A stretch of DNA of 64,000 bases from a virus. Under the pieces are notes generated by a model. It made no database searches. It saw nothing but the letters and a program-made list of their open reading frames with translations, and had not been told where the DNA came from. The translations under genes were made by a program, and so were the position numbers. The stretch's first letter is position 1, and every line of letters starts with the position of its first letter. The stretch lies in the IMG/VR virus record IMGVR_UViG_3300021963_000035, positions 32,001-96,000 of that record, one strand, 5' to 3'. Of the stretch, positions 20,281 through 28,457 are shown piece by piece.

Positions 20281-20640
20281 CGCGGTTTAGGGCTTGCGCA
20301 GGCCAATGTCGTGCGCCTATGATAAGGGGTTTAACTACGCCCGGACGGAAATCTCTCGCCGCAAAGAGTACTCAACCACTATCCTTAACAGGACGTTAAT
20401 GGCAAAGACCTTGCTGTATGGTTGTTTGGAGAGCGAAATAGGCAAAAAGAGGGGAGAAAAACCCCACGTCTACATAGATGATAGCAGATTTATGTAGGCC
20501 GCCGTTGTAATAAGACGGAGCTCGAGGTACCGGACAACCGCCTCTGTAACGCTCTACTGCTGTGTGACATTGTGCAACTCGGATAATGTTATCTTTGCCC
20601 GGCCTGGGCAAAGTGTGACTGAACAATCTGGATAATATTA
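20281..20640 (+). ncRNA. Candidate large structured non-coding RNA, family not recognised
   Basis: GC-richer intergenic region with about nine helices, G-U pairs on the + strand, and a 7 bp loop pseudoknot (20481-20487 with 20557-20563). Confidence 0.6.
20562..20640 (+). repeat. Two imperfect direct repeats GTGTGAC..CAA..GGATAAT(G/A)TTA flanking a hairpin
   Basis: Copies at 20562-20591 and 20613-20640, separated by CTTTGCCC/GGGCAAAG (20593-20613). Confidence 0.75.
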
Positions 20641-20641
20641 A

Positions 20642-20730
20642 TAGTGCTTCGCACTAATTATTCTCTACTATTAAAAAGAAGATAAATGTGTTTGAGCGAA
20701 GCGAAAAACACAGATGAGCGTAGCTCATCT
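20642..20730. other. Cluster of GC-GNA-GC triloop hairpins (possible single-strand/origin signals)
   Basis: GCGAAGC on minus at 20646-20652, GCGAAGC on plus at 20696-20702, GCGTAGC on plus at 20718-20724, each within a longer stem. Confidence 0.55.
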
Positions 20731-20775
20731 TCGAAGAATGAAAATAAATAATATATCTGTTTTAGGAATAATAAC

Positions 20776-22005
20776 ATGCGAATAACTGATGTCCTCGTCG
20801 AAACGAATACAAATGCCAAGTCACGATTAGATGAAAAACCAATGGGGATCCTAAGTAAATTAGGAAACAAAGCCCTTTCTAAGTTGGGTAGTGGTCGTGC
20901 TGCTGGTCGCCTAAGCACTGGTGATCTAGCTAACAAAATACACAAAGAATATGATACCTATCTAGGTAAAACAGGACAAGAGCCTAGCAAAGAATCTGTA
21001 TTGGCTTTCCTACAATTCAAGGGATATCCTACGCAAGGCGCAGAAAAGATCCTAAACAGTCCCGAAGCACAAGGTCAAGCACCTACTGGACCACTAGGCA
21101 AGGGTAGTCCTGGTGCTGCTCGTCCAGGTGCTGGTAAAGCCAGTGCTGCTCCTGGCGCAGATAAGATTGAACCTAAAATGGGAGATGAGCCGGCAGGTGA
21201 TGCAACAGCTCCAACTGATGGTAAGACAGAACCAACAATGGGGGCAGAAAAACCTAATTTTAGTACAGGTCCTCAACCTACAATGAAAGGTGCAGACGGT
21301 AAAGCATTACCAACAGGTATTCCTAGTACAACAGATCCACTAGCAGCTATACGTAAAAATGCAGGACTACCTCCTGCTGCTGATAAACCTGCTGCACCGG
21401 CAGCAGATGTTCCAGGTGCTCCACCAGGAGATGACAAGAAAGCTGCTGCTAAATCACGTATCGATCAGATGAAAAAAGATAAAGCAGCAGGTACTGGATT
21501 CGGAGGCTTTGTTAAAGGTGCTAAGGCCAAAGGTCTAGTAACGGCAGGTATGTATGAAGCAACAGCTATTCCTAGCTCTGTGATAGACAAAGCTCTGTTA
21601 AAGGCTGCACAAGATGCAGAACGCATGGGTATTGGTCAAGCATTAGGAGATCCAGAAGACGATCAACAAGGTGCTCCAGCTGGTCCTATGAGCAAAGGCG
21701 GTGCAGGTGGTGGACAACAAGGCGGATTCATGGCCGGGGTCAAACAAGGAATGGGTGGCGGCGCAGCAGGTGATGAAGATCCTGCTAAGGTTAAAGGTAG
21801 TTTGAATATAAATCAGCTGTCGTCTCTGATGCCAGGTGTTGACCCTAGACAACTACAACAGGCTGTAGCACGTATTAAAGCTGGTCAAGAGCCAAGTCGT
21901 ATGCATATGCAGACATTGGCACAGGCATTTACTGCTATTGTGCAAGCTGATCCACAGACTACACAACAGATCATGATGCTACTCAAGCGTGTAAGTGCTG
22001 CTTAA
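20776..22005 (+). CDS. Low-complexity Gly/Ala/Pro-rich protein, possible internal head protein
   Basis: 409 aa; TAAATA (20745-20750) and SD AGGA upstream; N-terminus MRITDVLVE resembles a prohead-protease-cleaved leader. Confidence 0.6.
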   Translation: MRITDVLVETNTNAKSRLDEKPMGILSKLGNKALSKLGSGRAAGRLSTGDLANKIHKEYDTYLGKTGQEPSKESVLAFLQFKGYPTQGAEKILNSPEAQGQAPTGPLGKGSPGAARPGAGKASAAPGADKIEPKMGDEPAGDATAPTDGKTEPTMGAEKPNFSTGPQPTMKGADGKALPTGIPSTTDPLAAIRKNAGLPPAADKPAAPAADVPGAPPGDDKKAAAKSRIDQMKKDKAAGTGFGGFVKGAKAKGLVTAGMYEATAIPSSVIDKALLKAAQDAERMGIGQALGDPEDDQQGAPAGPMSKGGAGGGQQGGFMAGVKQGMGGGAAGDEDPAKVKGSLNINQLSSLMPGVDPRQLQQAVARIKAGQEPSRMHMQTLAQAFTAIVQADPQTTQQIMMLLKRVSAA

Positions 22006-22229
22006 AAGAAAGGTAATCCTGTCTTTTTAGTAGTTTCGAGATTTTCTTTTATGATCTCAGCCACGAGTAAACGTTCTTCCTGGCTGAGCATCATGGCTTC
22101 GGAATAGCTCATTCCTCGCATATACCAACACATTTTAAGAACTTCTTTCTTAATACCCAGAGCCTCTTTATCCATCTGCTCTACTATCTGTAAGATCTCC
22201 GACTCTGGTAGTGTTAAGATCTTACGGCG
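22002..22229 (-). CDS. Unlisted reading frame downstream of gp26 (gp51-like position); probable frameshift extension, or a 57 aa gene from ATG 22175
   Basis: Open -1 frame RRKILTLPESEILQIVEQMDKEALGIKKEVLKMCWYMRGMSYSEAMMLSQEERLLVAEIIKENLETTKKTGLPFF*, which fills the gap exactly. Confidence 0.75.
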   Translation of the reverse strand, partial: RRKILTLPESEILQIVEQMDKEALGIKKEVLKMCWYMRGMSYSEAMMLSQEERLLVAEIIKENLETTKKTGLPFF

Positions 22230-23092
22230 AAAAAATTTGATTGATCCATCACGATAGGAGTGCTAAAGAGATGCTCGCATTCTGGACATTTTACTTTTTG
22301 AGGTTTAAGTTCTACTTGTTCTTTAATACCAGTGATGTGTTTGTGTATAGTATCAAATACATTACTTGGAGCATTGTCGATAAATTCTTTAATCATTTTC
22401 TGATCGCTCACAGGACCGGTAGGTGTTTCTATTCTTGCAATGCATCCCGAGATAAGATTAACAGTGTACTCAGTTAATCTAACAAAGCCTTTGCCAAACT
22501 TGTCCATTTTTTCTTCGTCGGTAAGTTTGTCATCTGTGGCAATGTCAACTAATTTTTGCTGTTCTAAAGTTTGTAATTGTGCTTTAGAAAGTTCTTGATA
22601 GCTGTATGGTCTAATGATTACTTTCAATGGATCGACAGCAATGGTATTTTGATATTTAAAATTTTCAAAAGTTTCTAACCAACCTCGTAGATTCATTTCG
22701 TAGTCACTGGTTGTATCACAGCTTGGACAGGTAACAGTAATATCCATGTTCTCACCGTAAGTGGCTAACCTAATAGCAATTAACGCACAGTCTACATCGA
22801 TACTAGGCATCTTCCAAGGATCTAATATAGCTGGCATACAGCTTTTGATAATTTCAACAGTGGTCTGACCGGTTAACAATGCATCCGGAGTTTTAAATAA
22901 CAATTCGTCTTTAGCAGTCATAGCATATACAGGGTACTCGCCGTTAGTACTTCTGTCAATAGTACCCGGAGGATAATACTCGCCGTTTGATGGCAATTTA
23001 ATCCAAATTTTTGGTTGTCTAAAATACTGACTTAGTGGGTTACTATTTGATTTGACTGTTTGTGTAGCTTCATTTGCAACAAAATCTGACAT
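22214..23092 (-). CDS. gp26: Baseplate hub assembly protein / tail chaperone, gp26-like
   Basis: LPS.G, MTAKDELL, D....LIAIR.ATYGE, two CxxC motifs and C-terminal NFF. Confidence 0.8.
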   Translation of the reverse strand: MSDFVANEATQTVKSNSNPLSQYFRQPKIWIKLPSNGEYYPPGTIDRSTNGEYPVYAMTAKDELLFKTPDALLTGQTTVEIIKSCMPAILDPWKMPSIDVDCALIAIRLATYGENMDITVTCPSCDTTSDYEMNLRGWLETFENFKYQNTIAVDPLKVIIRPYSYQELSKAQLQTLEQQKLVDIATDDKLTDEEKMDKFGKGFVRLTEYTVNLISGCIARIETPTGPVSDQKMIKEFIDNAPSNVFDTIHKHITGIKEQVELKPQKVKCPECEHLFSTPIVMDQSNFFAVRS

Positions 23093-23102
23093 TATTATCT
23101 CC

Positions 23103-23128
23103 GATAAATACTATGTAGATTATTTATC
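23103..23128. promoter_or_regulatory. Bidirectional late promoter pair (GATAAATA inverted repeat)
   Basis: GATAAATA 23103-23110 and TATTTATC 23121-23128 between the divergent gp26 and tape measure genes. Confidence 0.75.
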
Positions 23129-23154
23129 TACGCATTTTTTAGAAGATTTTAACT

Positions 23155-25794
23155 ATGACTGTACTAGTCGATATTCCTGGAGTTGGTGTTGTAGAAGCTA
23201 GAAACGCTGCTACTGAAGCCACTCTGCGCTCAATTTTAAAAACCATGCAAGGAATCCAGAAAAATACTGGAGGTAGTGGACGCGGAGGTGGTGGCGGAGG
23301 TGGTGGCGGTGCTGCTGAGGGTGCTGCCGGTGCAGGAAAAATGGGCAACGCGGCATTCGCTGCCGGAGTTGCTATAGGAAAATTTGCCACTGCTGTAAAG
23401 AGTACAGCAGCAACGATTGATAGATTAGGCACTAGCATGATCAACACCGTTGATAGTTTAGCTAACATGGGAGATAGTGTAACTGGTGCAGCTGGTGCAT
23501 TAGGCGGACTTGTTAGTAAGATACCGGTGGTGGGCGGAATGATGGCTGCGGCATTTACCGCAGTAGCCAGTGCAGTTGAACATACATCAAAATCATTCCA
23601 GGCGGCAACGGCCAGCGGCGCAACGTTTGGCGGCAGTGTTCAACGATTTGGAGCTGCTGCCAGTGCCGCAGGCATGACAATGGATCAGTTTGGCCAACTC
23701 ATCGGAAAAAATGGTGAGGCAATGATGTTGTTAGGTGGTACTACTGAAGACGGGGCCAAACGTTTTGCTGACATCAGTAGGAATTTAAGAACATCTAGTA
23801 AAGAATTATATAACTTAGGCTACAATACTCAAGATGTAAATGAAGGATTAGCAGCTTATACAAAACTAACAAAATTAACTGGCGGAGCTAGTCAAATGAC
23901 CAATGCTCAGTTAGTATCAGGAACCAAACAATACTTAAAAGAATTAGATTTATTAGCCAAGGTTACTGGAGAGAGCAGAAAAGAAATAGAAGCTAGACAG
24001 GCTAAAATAGCTGCCGATGCCAGAGTACAAGCGGCGGTCGGTGCATTAGATCCAAAAGTAGCAAAAGCATTTAATGATACTATTAGTGTATTGCCTAAAT
24101 CTGTCGATGGAGTTACAACCGATCTTATGACAACATTGGTGGGTATGACTCCCGATGCTCAAGCATTTCAAAGCATGATGAGCAATACCGCAGAAGTTAT
24201 GAAAGAATTAGGCGCTAAAGCGCAAGCCGGTGGAGAACTTACCGATGCCGATAGAGAAAGATTAAGAAACACTCTCATTGCAGAAGCAAAAGCCAAAGAA
24301 AACGAAATTAATAATATTGCAAAATATAATCAAGAATTTGGATTTTTGCAACAGGTAGTAACTGATGCTAAAAATTTAGAAAAGAATGGTATTGCTCGTG
24401 CAAGACAAAATCAAACAGATACACAAAATACAACCGATGGAGTAAATGCTAACCTGGTCAGTATGCAACAGCAATTGGCAGAAATGAGTAATTCATTTCA
24501 ATTATTTTTAGCAGGTCAAGGTAAGTTACTAGGCAGCATGATGGAATTGCTGGGGCAATTCGCTGGGTTTGTTCAAAAATATTTGTTACCAATAATACAA
24601 GATTATCTAGTGCCTGCTCTGAAAGCAGTTGCTAAGTTTATTGTCAACTATGTTATACCTGCATTTGAATGGATGATCAAAACTGTTATCAGTTTAGCTA
24701 AACAGGTATATGAATTCCTTACACCTATTTTTGGATACCTTGCAGACCAGATTAAAAAACATGTGATTCCTGCCCTTCTAGAAATTGTGTTGTTTGTTGA
24801 AAGAAATTGGAAACCAATTCTTGCTGCTTTTGCTACTTTTATTGCTGTGTCCGTTGTGCCTCCATTAATAGCATTTGTCGGAGCACTGGCATCATCTCTT
24901 TTAGCTTTTTTACCATTTGTAGCAGTAGGTGCCGCAGTTGTAGCAGCATTTATTTTAATAGACAAAATAATGGATCGATATGGTATAAAAGTGAATATGT
25001 TAACAGATGCATTCAGCTGGTTAAAGCTTAGGATGGAAGACTGGTGGATGTGGATGAAGGAAGGAGTATATAAATTTTTAAATATAATCCCTGGCATGCG
25101 AGGCGATTATGATGAAAAATTAAAAGAAATTAAACAAGAAAGAGAAGGTAATAAAGAAGAACGTGAAAAAATCGAAAAAAAGCTTACAGCTGATGCTCTA
25201 AAAAATAAAGCAGATGCAGAAGCACGTGACAAAGAAATTGACAAATTAGAAAATAAAAGACGAGAAGATCTTAAAAACGGCAATTACGGAAAGGCATTCG
25301 GCTTACCTTCGATCGAAGAAATCAAACGTATGGGCGGTCCTAACTTTGGAGTTCCTGCATACACAGCCCCCGGCGGGGGTGGTGCAGCTGGCGGCGGTGG
25401 CGGCCCCGAAGATTCTAGAACAGGTGAAGACTATAAAGGCGTCAGCGGTTCAATGAGTCCAGACACATTGGCAAGAATGCAATACGGAAGATTAACTGGA
25501 GCCACGCACGAAGAAACACGTAGAGCTATAGAACGACAAGCAGAAGAAAAGAAAGCTGCCAAAGAAAAAGCAGACAAAGAAGCAGAAGAGAAGAAAAAAG
25601 CAGAGGAAAAAGCCAAAGAAGAAGAAAAGAAAAAAGGCAGTCCTCAGAAGTCTGCTGAAGTATTACTAGCAGAATTAAATACTAAGCTAGATGCAAATAA
25701 TCAATTGATGAAAGATTTGGTTCGATTAAATGACGGACAATTAGTTGCTGTAGAAGGTTTAGGTAATGATGCTTTCCGTTATCCTAGATCTTAA
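23155..25794 (+). CDS. Tape measure protein (gp29-like role)
   Basis: 879 aa Ala/Gly-rich helical protein with hydrophobic segments and periodic aromatic residues; next to the tail chaperone gene. Confidence 0.7.
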   Translation: MTVLVDIPGVGVVEARNAATEATLRSILKTMQGIQKNTGGSGRGGGGGGGGGAAEGAAGAGKMGNAAFAAGVAIGKFATAVKSTAATIDRLGTSMINTVDSLANMGDSVTGAAGALGGLVSKIPVVGGMMAAAFTAVASAVEHTSKSFQAATASGATFGGSVQRFGAAASAAGMTMDQFGQLIGKNGEAMMLLGGTTEDGAKRFADISRNLRTSSKELYNLGYNTQDVNEGLAAYTKLTKLTGGASQMTNAQLVSGTKQYLKELDLLAKVTGESRKEIEARQAKIAADARVQAAVGALDPKVAKAFNDTISVLPKSVDGVTTDLMTTLVGMTPDAQAFQSMMSNTAEVMKELGAKAQAGGELTDADRERLRNTLIAEAKAKENEINNIAKYNQEFGFLQQVVTDAKNLEKNGIARARQNQTDTQNTTDGVNANLVSMQQQLAEMSNSFQLFLAGQGKLLGSMMELLGQFAGFVQKYLLPIIQDYLVPALKAVAKFIVNYVIPAFEWMIKTVISLAKQVYEFLTPIFGYLADQIKKHVIPALLEIVLFVERNWKPILAAFATFIAVSVVPPLIAFVGALASSLLAFLPFVAVGAAVVAAFILIDKIMDRYGIKVNMLTDAFSWLKLRMEDWWMWMKEGVYKFLNIIPGMRGDYDEKLKEIKQEREGNKEEREKIEKKLTADALKNKADAEARDKEIDKLENKRREDLKNGNYGKAFGLPSIEEIKRMGGPNFGVPAYTAPGGGGAAGGGGGPEDSRTGEDYKGVSGSMSPDTLARMQYGRLTGATHEETRRAIERQAEEKKAAKEKADKEAEEKKKAEEKAKEEEKKKGSPQKSAEVLLAELNTKLDANNQLMKDLVRLNDGQLVAVEGLGNDAFRYPRS

Positions 25795-25809
25795 TAAATT
25801 GGAAAATTA

Positions 25810-27504
25810 ATGAGCTGGAAAAAATATTTTACCCCTGTTAAAGTTAACGATGGATCACTAAGTCCGCTAGGAAATGGTGGTAAGCCCGGTCCGGCCCGTA
25901 CAAACTATAGCAGCTACTTGCCGGATGTCTATTCCGGTACTCCTAATCGTATTGAACGATATATGCAGTACGATACCATGGACATGGACAGCGAAGTTAA
26001 TGCTGCTCTAGATATTCTTGCAGAATTTTGTAGTCAAAAAAACAAAGAAAACAGCACACCATTCCAAATATTTTTTAAAGGTAGTCCAACGGCTACTGAA
26101 GTGAAGCTGATCAAAGAAAGTCTACAGAAGTGGAGCAAACAGCAAAAATTTGAAACTAGGATATTCCGTATCATACGAAATGCTTTCAAATACGGAGACT
26201 GTTTTTTTGTTAGAGATCCAGAAGACGGTACTTGGTTTTATGTCGACACTGCCAAAGTTACAAAGATTATTGTTAACGAATCAGAAGGTAAAAAACCTGA
26301 GCAGTATGTGATACAAGATTTTAATCCTAATTTTAAAAACTTAGTAATCACTAAAATGCATCCGGACACACATAACACTCCTTCGGGGACAGCAGCATAT
26401 GTCAGTGGTGGTGCATTTGCACGAGGAATGGTAGGTGCAGCACCTCAGCAGACTGGTACAAGATTCAGTAAAAATATACAAGAAATTGCCATAGACGCCA
26501 AACATGTTATACACATCGGATTAAGTGAAGGCCTAGACAATAACTATCCTTTTGGTAACAGTCTATTAGAATCAGTATTCAAAGTTTATAAACAAAAAGA
26601 ACTACTAGAAGATGCGATCATTATCTATCGTATCCAACGTGCTCCGGAACGTAGAATTTTCTACATTGATGTAGGTAACATGCCAGCACACATGGCTATG
26701 GGATTTGTTGAGCGTGTTAAAAATGAAATACATCAGAGACGCATTCCTAGTTCAACAGGCGGCGGCCAAAATGTAATCGATGCTAGCTATAATCCGCTGT
26801 CAATGAACGAAGACTACTTCTTCCCTCAAACAGCAGAAGGTCGCGGATCAAAAGTTGATACACTGCCCGGCGGTACTAATCTCGGTGAGATCGACGATCT
26901 AAAATATTTCACTAACAAGTTATTCCGTGCTTTACGCATACCTAGCAGCTATTTGCCAACTGGTCCAGACGACAGTCAAATGGCATTTACTGACGGAAAG
27001 GTCGGTACTGCTTACATCCAAGAATTAAGATTTAACGAATACTGTAAAAGATTGCAAAGTTTGTTAATCGAAGAGTTTGATTTAGAATTTAAACTTTGGA
27101 TGGTTAACAAAGGTATTAACATCGACAACAGTGTATTTGAATTGAAGTTCAATGCACCGCAGAACTTTGCTGCATATCGTCAAAGTGAACTAGACAATGC
27201 TAGAGCACAGAGTTTCGGAGTGTTGCAGGAAGTTCCGTATCTAAGCAAACGTTTTGCTCTCAAGCGTTTCTTAGGACTTACCCAAGAAGAAATTACAGAA
27301 AACGAACGTCTCTGGAAAGAAGAAAATGGCGGCAAACTTGCACCATCTGCTGATGCAGCTGGACAGATGCGATCGATGGGTGTAACTCCTGGGGGAATAT
27401 CAGCAGACATGGCCGATCAAACGGCAGAAGCACCTCCAGGCATGGAAGCTGAAGCGCCAGCGGAAGGCGAACCCGCAGCAGCCGAAACACCTCCGGCACA
27501 GTAA
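25810..27504 (+). CDS. gp20: Portal protein
   Basis: LLEDAIIIYRIQRAPERRIFYIDVGNMP, EDYFFP, TLPGG.NLGEIDD..YF. Confidence 0.97.
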   Translation: MSWKKYFTPVKVNDGSLSPLGNGGKPGPARTNYSSYLPDVYSGTPNRIERYMQYDTMDMDSEVNAALDILAEFCSQKNKENSTPFQIFFKGSPTATEVKLIKESLQKWSKQQKFETRIFRIIRNAFKYGDCFFVRDPEDGTWFYVDTAKVTKIIVNESEGKKPEQYVIQDFNPNFKNLVITKMHPDTHNTPSGTAAYVSGGAFARGMVGAAPQQTGTRFSKNIQEIAIDAKHVIHIGLSEGLDNNYPFGNSLLESVFKVYKQKELLEDAIIIYRIQRAPERRIFYIDVGNMPAHMAMGFVERVKNEIHQRRIPSSTGGGQNVIDASYNPLSMNEDYFFPQTAEGRGSKVDTLPGGTNLGEIDDLKYFTNKLFRALRIPSSYLPTGPDDSQMAFTDGKVGTAYIQELRFNEYCKRLQSLLIEEFDLEFKLWMVNKGINIDNSVFELKFNAPQNFAAYRQSELDNARAQSFGVLQEVPYLSKRFALKRFLGLTQEEITENERLWKEENGGKLAPSADAAGQMRSMGVTPGGISADMADQTAEAPPGMEAEAPAEGEPAAAETPPAQ

Positions 27505-27527
27505 AACATTTTGGTGATAAATACAAG

Positions 27528-27773
27528 ATGCGCCTATTAGAATTCTTATATTTCAACGACGACAACAGCGACTATAGCATTGACAGACGCTATGAAAATG
27601 GTCGCGACTCTGACGTACTAAAGAAGGGCGATACTAGAAAAGTACGCCTTACATTAAAGCAGATCAATATGTTACGTATGCAAAGCGAAGCACACGAAGC
27701 AGAACAAGAGTCTGAATTAGGTTTTATAAGACAAATGTATGGCCAACCACCAGCAGAAGCACAGCCGCAGTAA
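27528..27773 (+). CDS. Small head-module hypothetical protein
   Basis: 81 aa directly after the portal; TAAATA 4 nt upstream of ATG. Confidence 0.7.
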   Translation: MRLLEFLYFNDDNSDYSIDRRYENGRDSDVLKKGDTRKVRLTLKQINMLRMQSEAHEAEQESELGFIRQMYGQPPAEAQPQ

Positions 27774-28362
27774 GCCCGCAGTAGTTCTAGGTAATGGTGT
27801 TAGTAGATTAAAAGCCAATCTAAACGAGCTTAAAACACACTTTATTACCTACGGTTGCAACGCTTTATACAGAGAATACTCCCCAGATTATCTTGTAGCA
27901 GTTGATGTAAAAATGATCAACGAGATCATTAGTTCTGGATATCAAAATCAGAATGAAGTTTGGACAAACCCAAACAAAGGTATTACTTCCACAGCCGGTA
28001 TTAACTTGTTTGATCCGCACAAAGGTTGGAGTAGCGGACCTACAGCATTATGGTTAGCTTGCCAAAACGGACATAAAGAGATCTATATATTGGGTTTTGA
28101 TTATGCTGGCGTAGAAGGTAAGTTTAATAATGTGTATGCTGACACATTTAACTATAAAAAAAGTACAGAAATACCAACGTTTTTTGGTAACTGGGCTAAT
28201 CAAACAGCACAAATTATCAGTGGTTTCAAAGAGATAGCGTTCTATCGAGTAGTAGATAAAGGCTACATGACACCCGATCCGTTACAAGGATCCTTTCATA
28301 ATTTTTTCAACATCCCTTACAGCGAATTTGAGAATAGATTTCCTGGTTCTACATTTATCTAA
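27739..28362 (+). CDS. Maf/MptE(DUF115)/GT42-like nucleotide-binding fold protein
   Basis: VVLGNGVSR, YGCN, PDYLVAVD, SSGPTALWLA...GHKEIYILGFDY motifs; start overlaps the previous gene by 35 nt. Confidence 0.6.
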   Translation: MANHQQKHSRSKPAVVLGNGVSRLKANLNELKTHFITYGCNALYREYSPDYLVAVDVKMINEIISSGYQNQNEVWTNPNKGITSTAGINLFDPHKGWSSGPTALWLACQNGHKEIYILGFDYAGVEGKFNNVYADTFNYKKSTEIPTFFGNWANQTAQIISGFKEIAFYRVVDKGYMTPDPLQGSFHNFFNIPYSEFENRFPGSTFI

Positions 28363-28457
28363 TCAAATTGATCAAAAAAGCGTCATATAACGCCATTTTA
28401 TTATCTTAGTATTAAATAAAACTGACAGCCAAACTATACAATTAAAGGAGATCTCTC

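Noticed and set aside
19846-20640. Group I intron carrying a GIY-YIG homing endonuclease
   Set aside because: No interrupted host gene flanks it and I could not identify P7-type core motifs; not formally excluded without a covariance model search.
20562-20640. Mini CRISPR array
   Set aside because: Only two imperfect repeats, the spacer is itself a palindrome, and there are no cas genes in the window.
20294-20945. ORFs 20294-20497, 20396-20626 and 20658-20945
   Set aside because: No convincing SD and atypical composition; they overlap the structured element or a real gene on the opposite strand.
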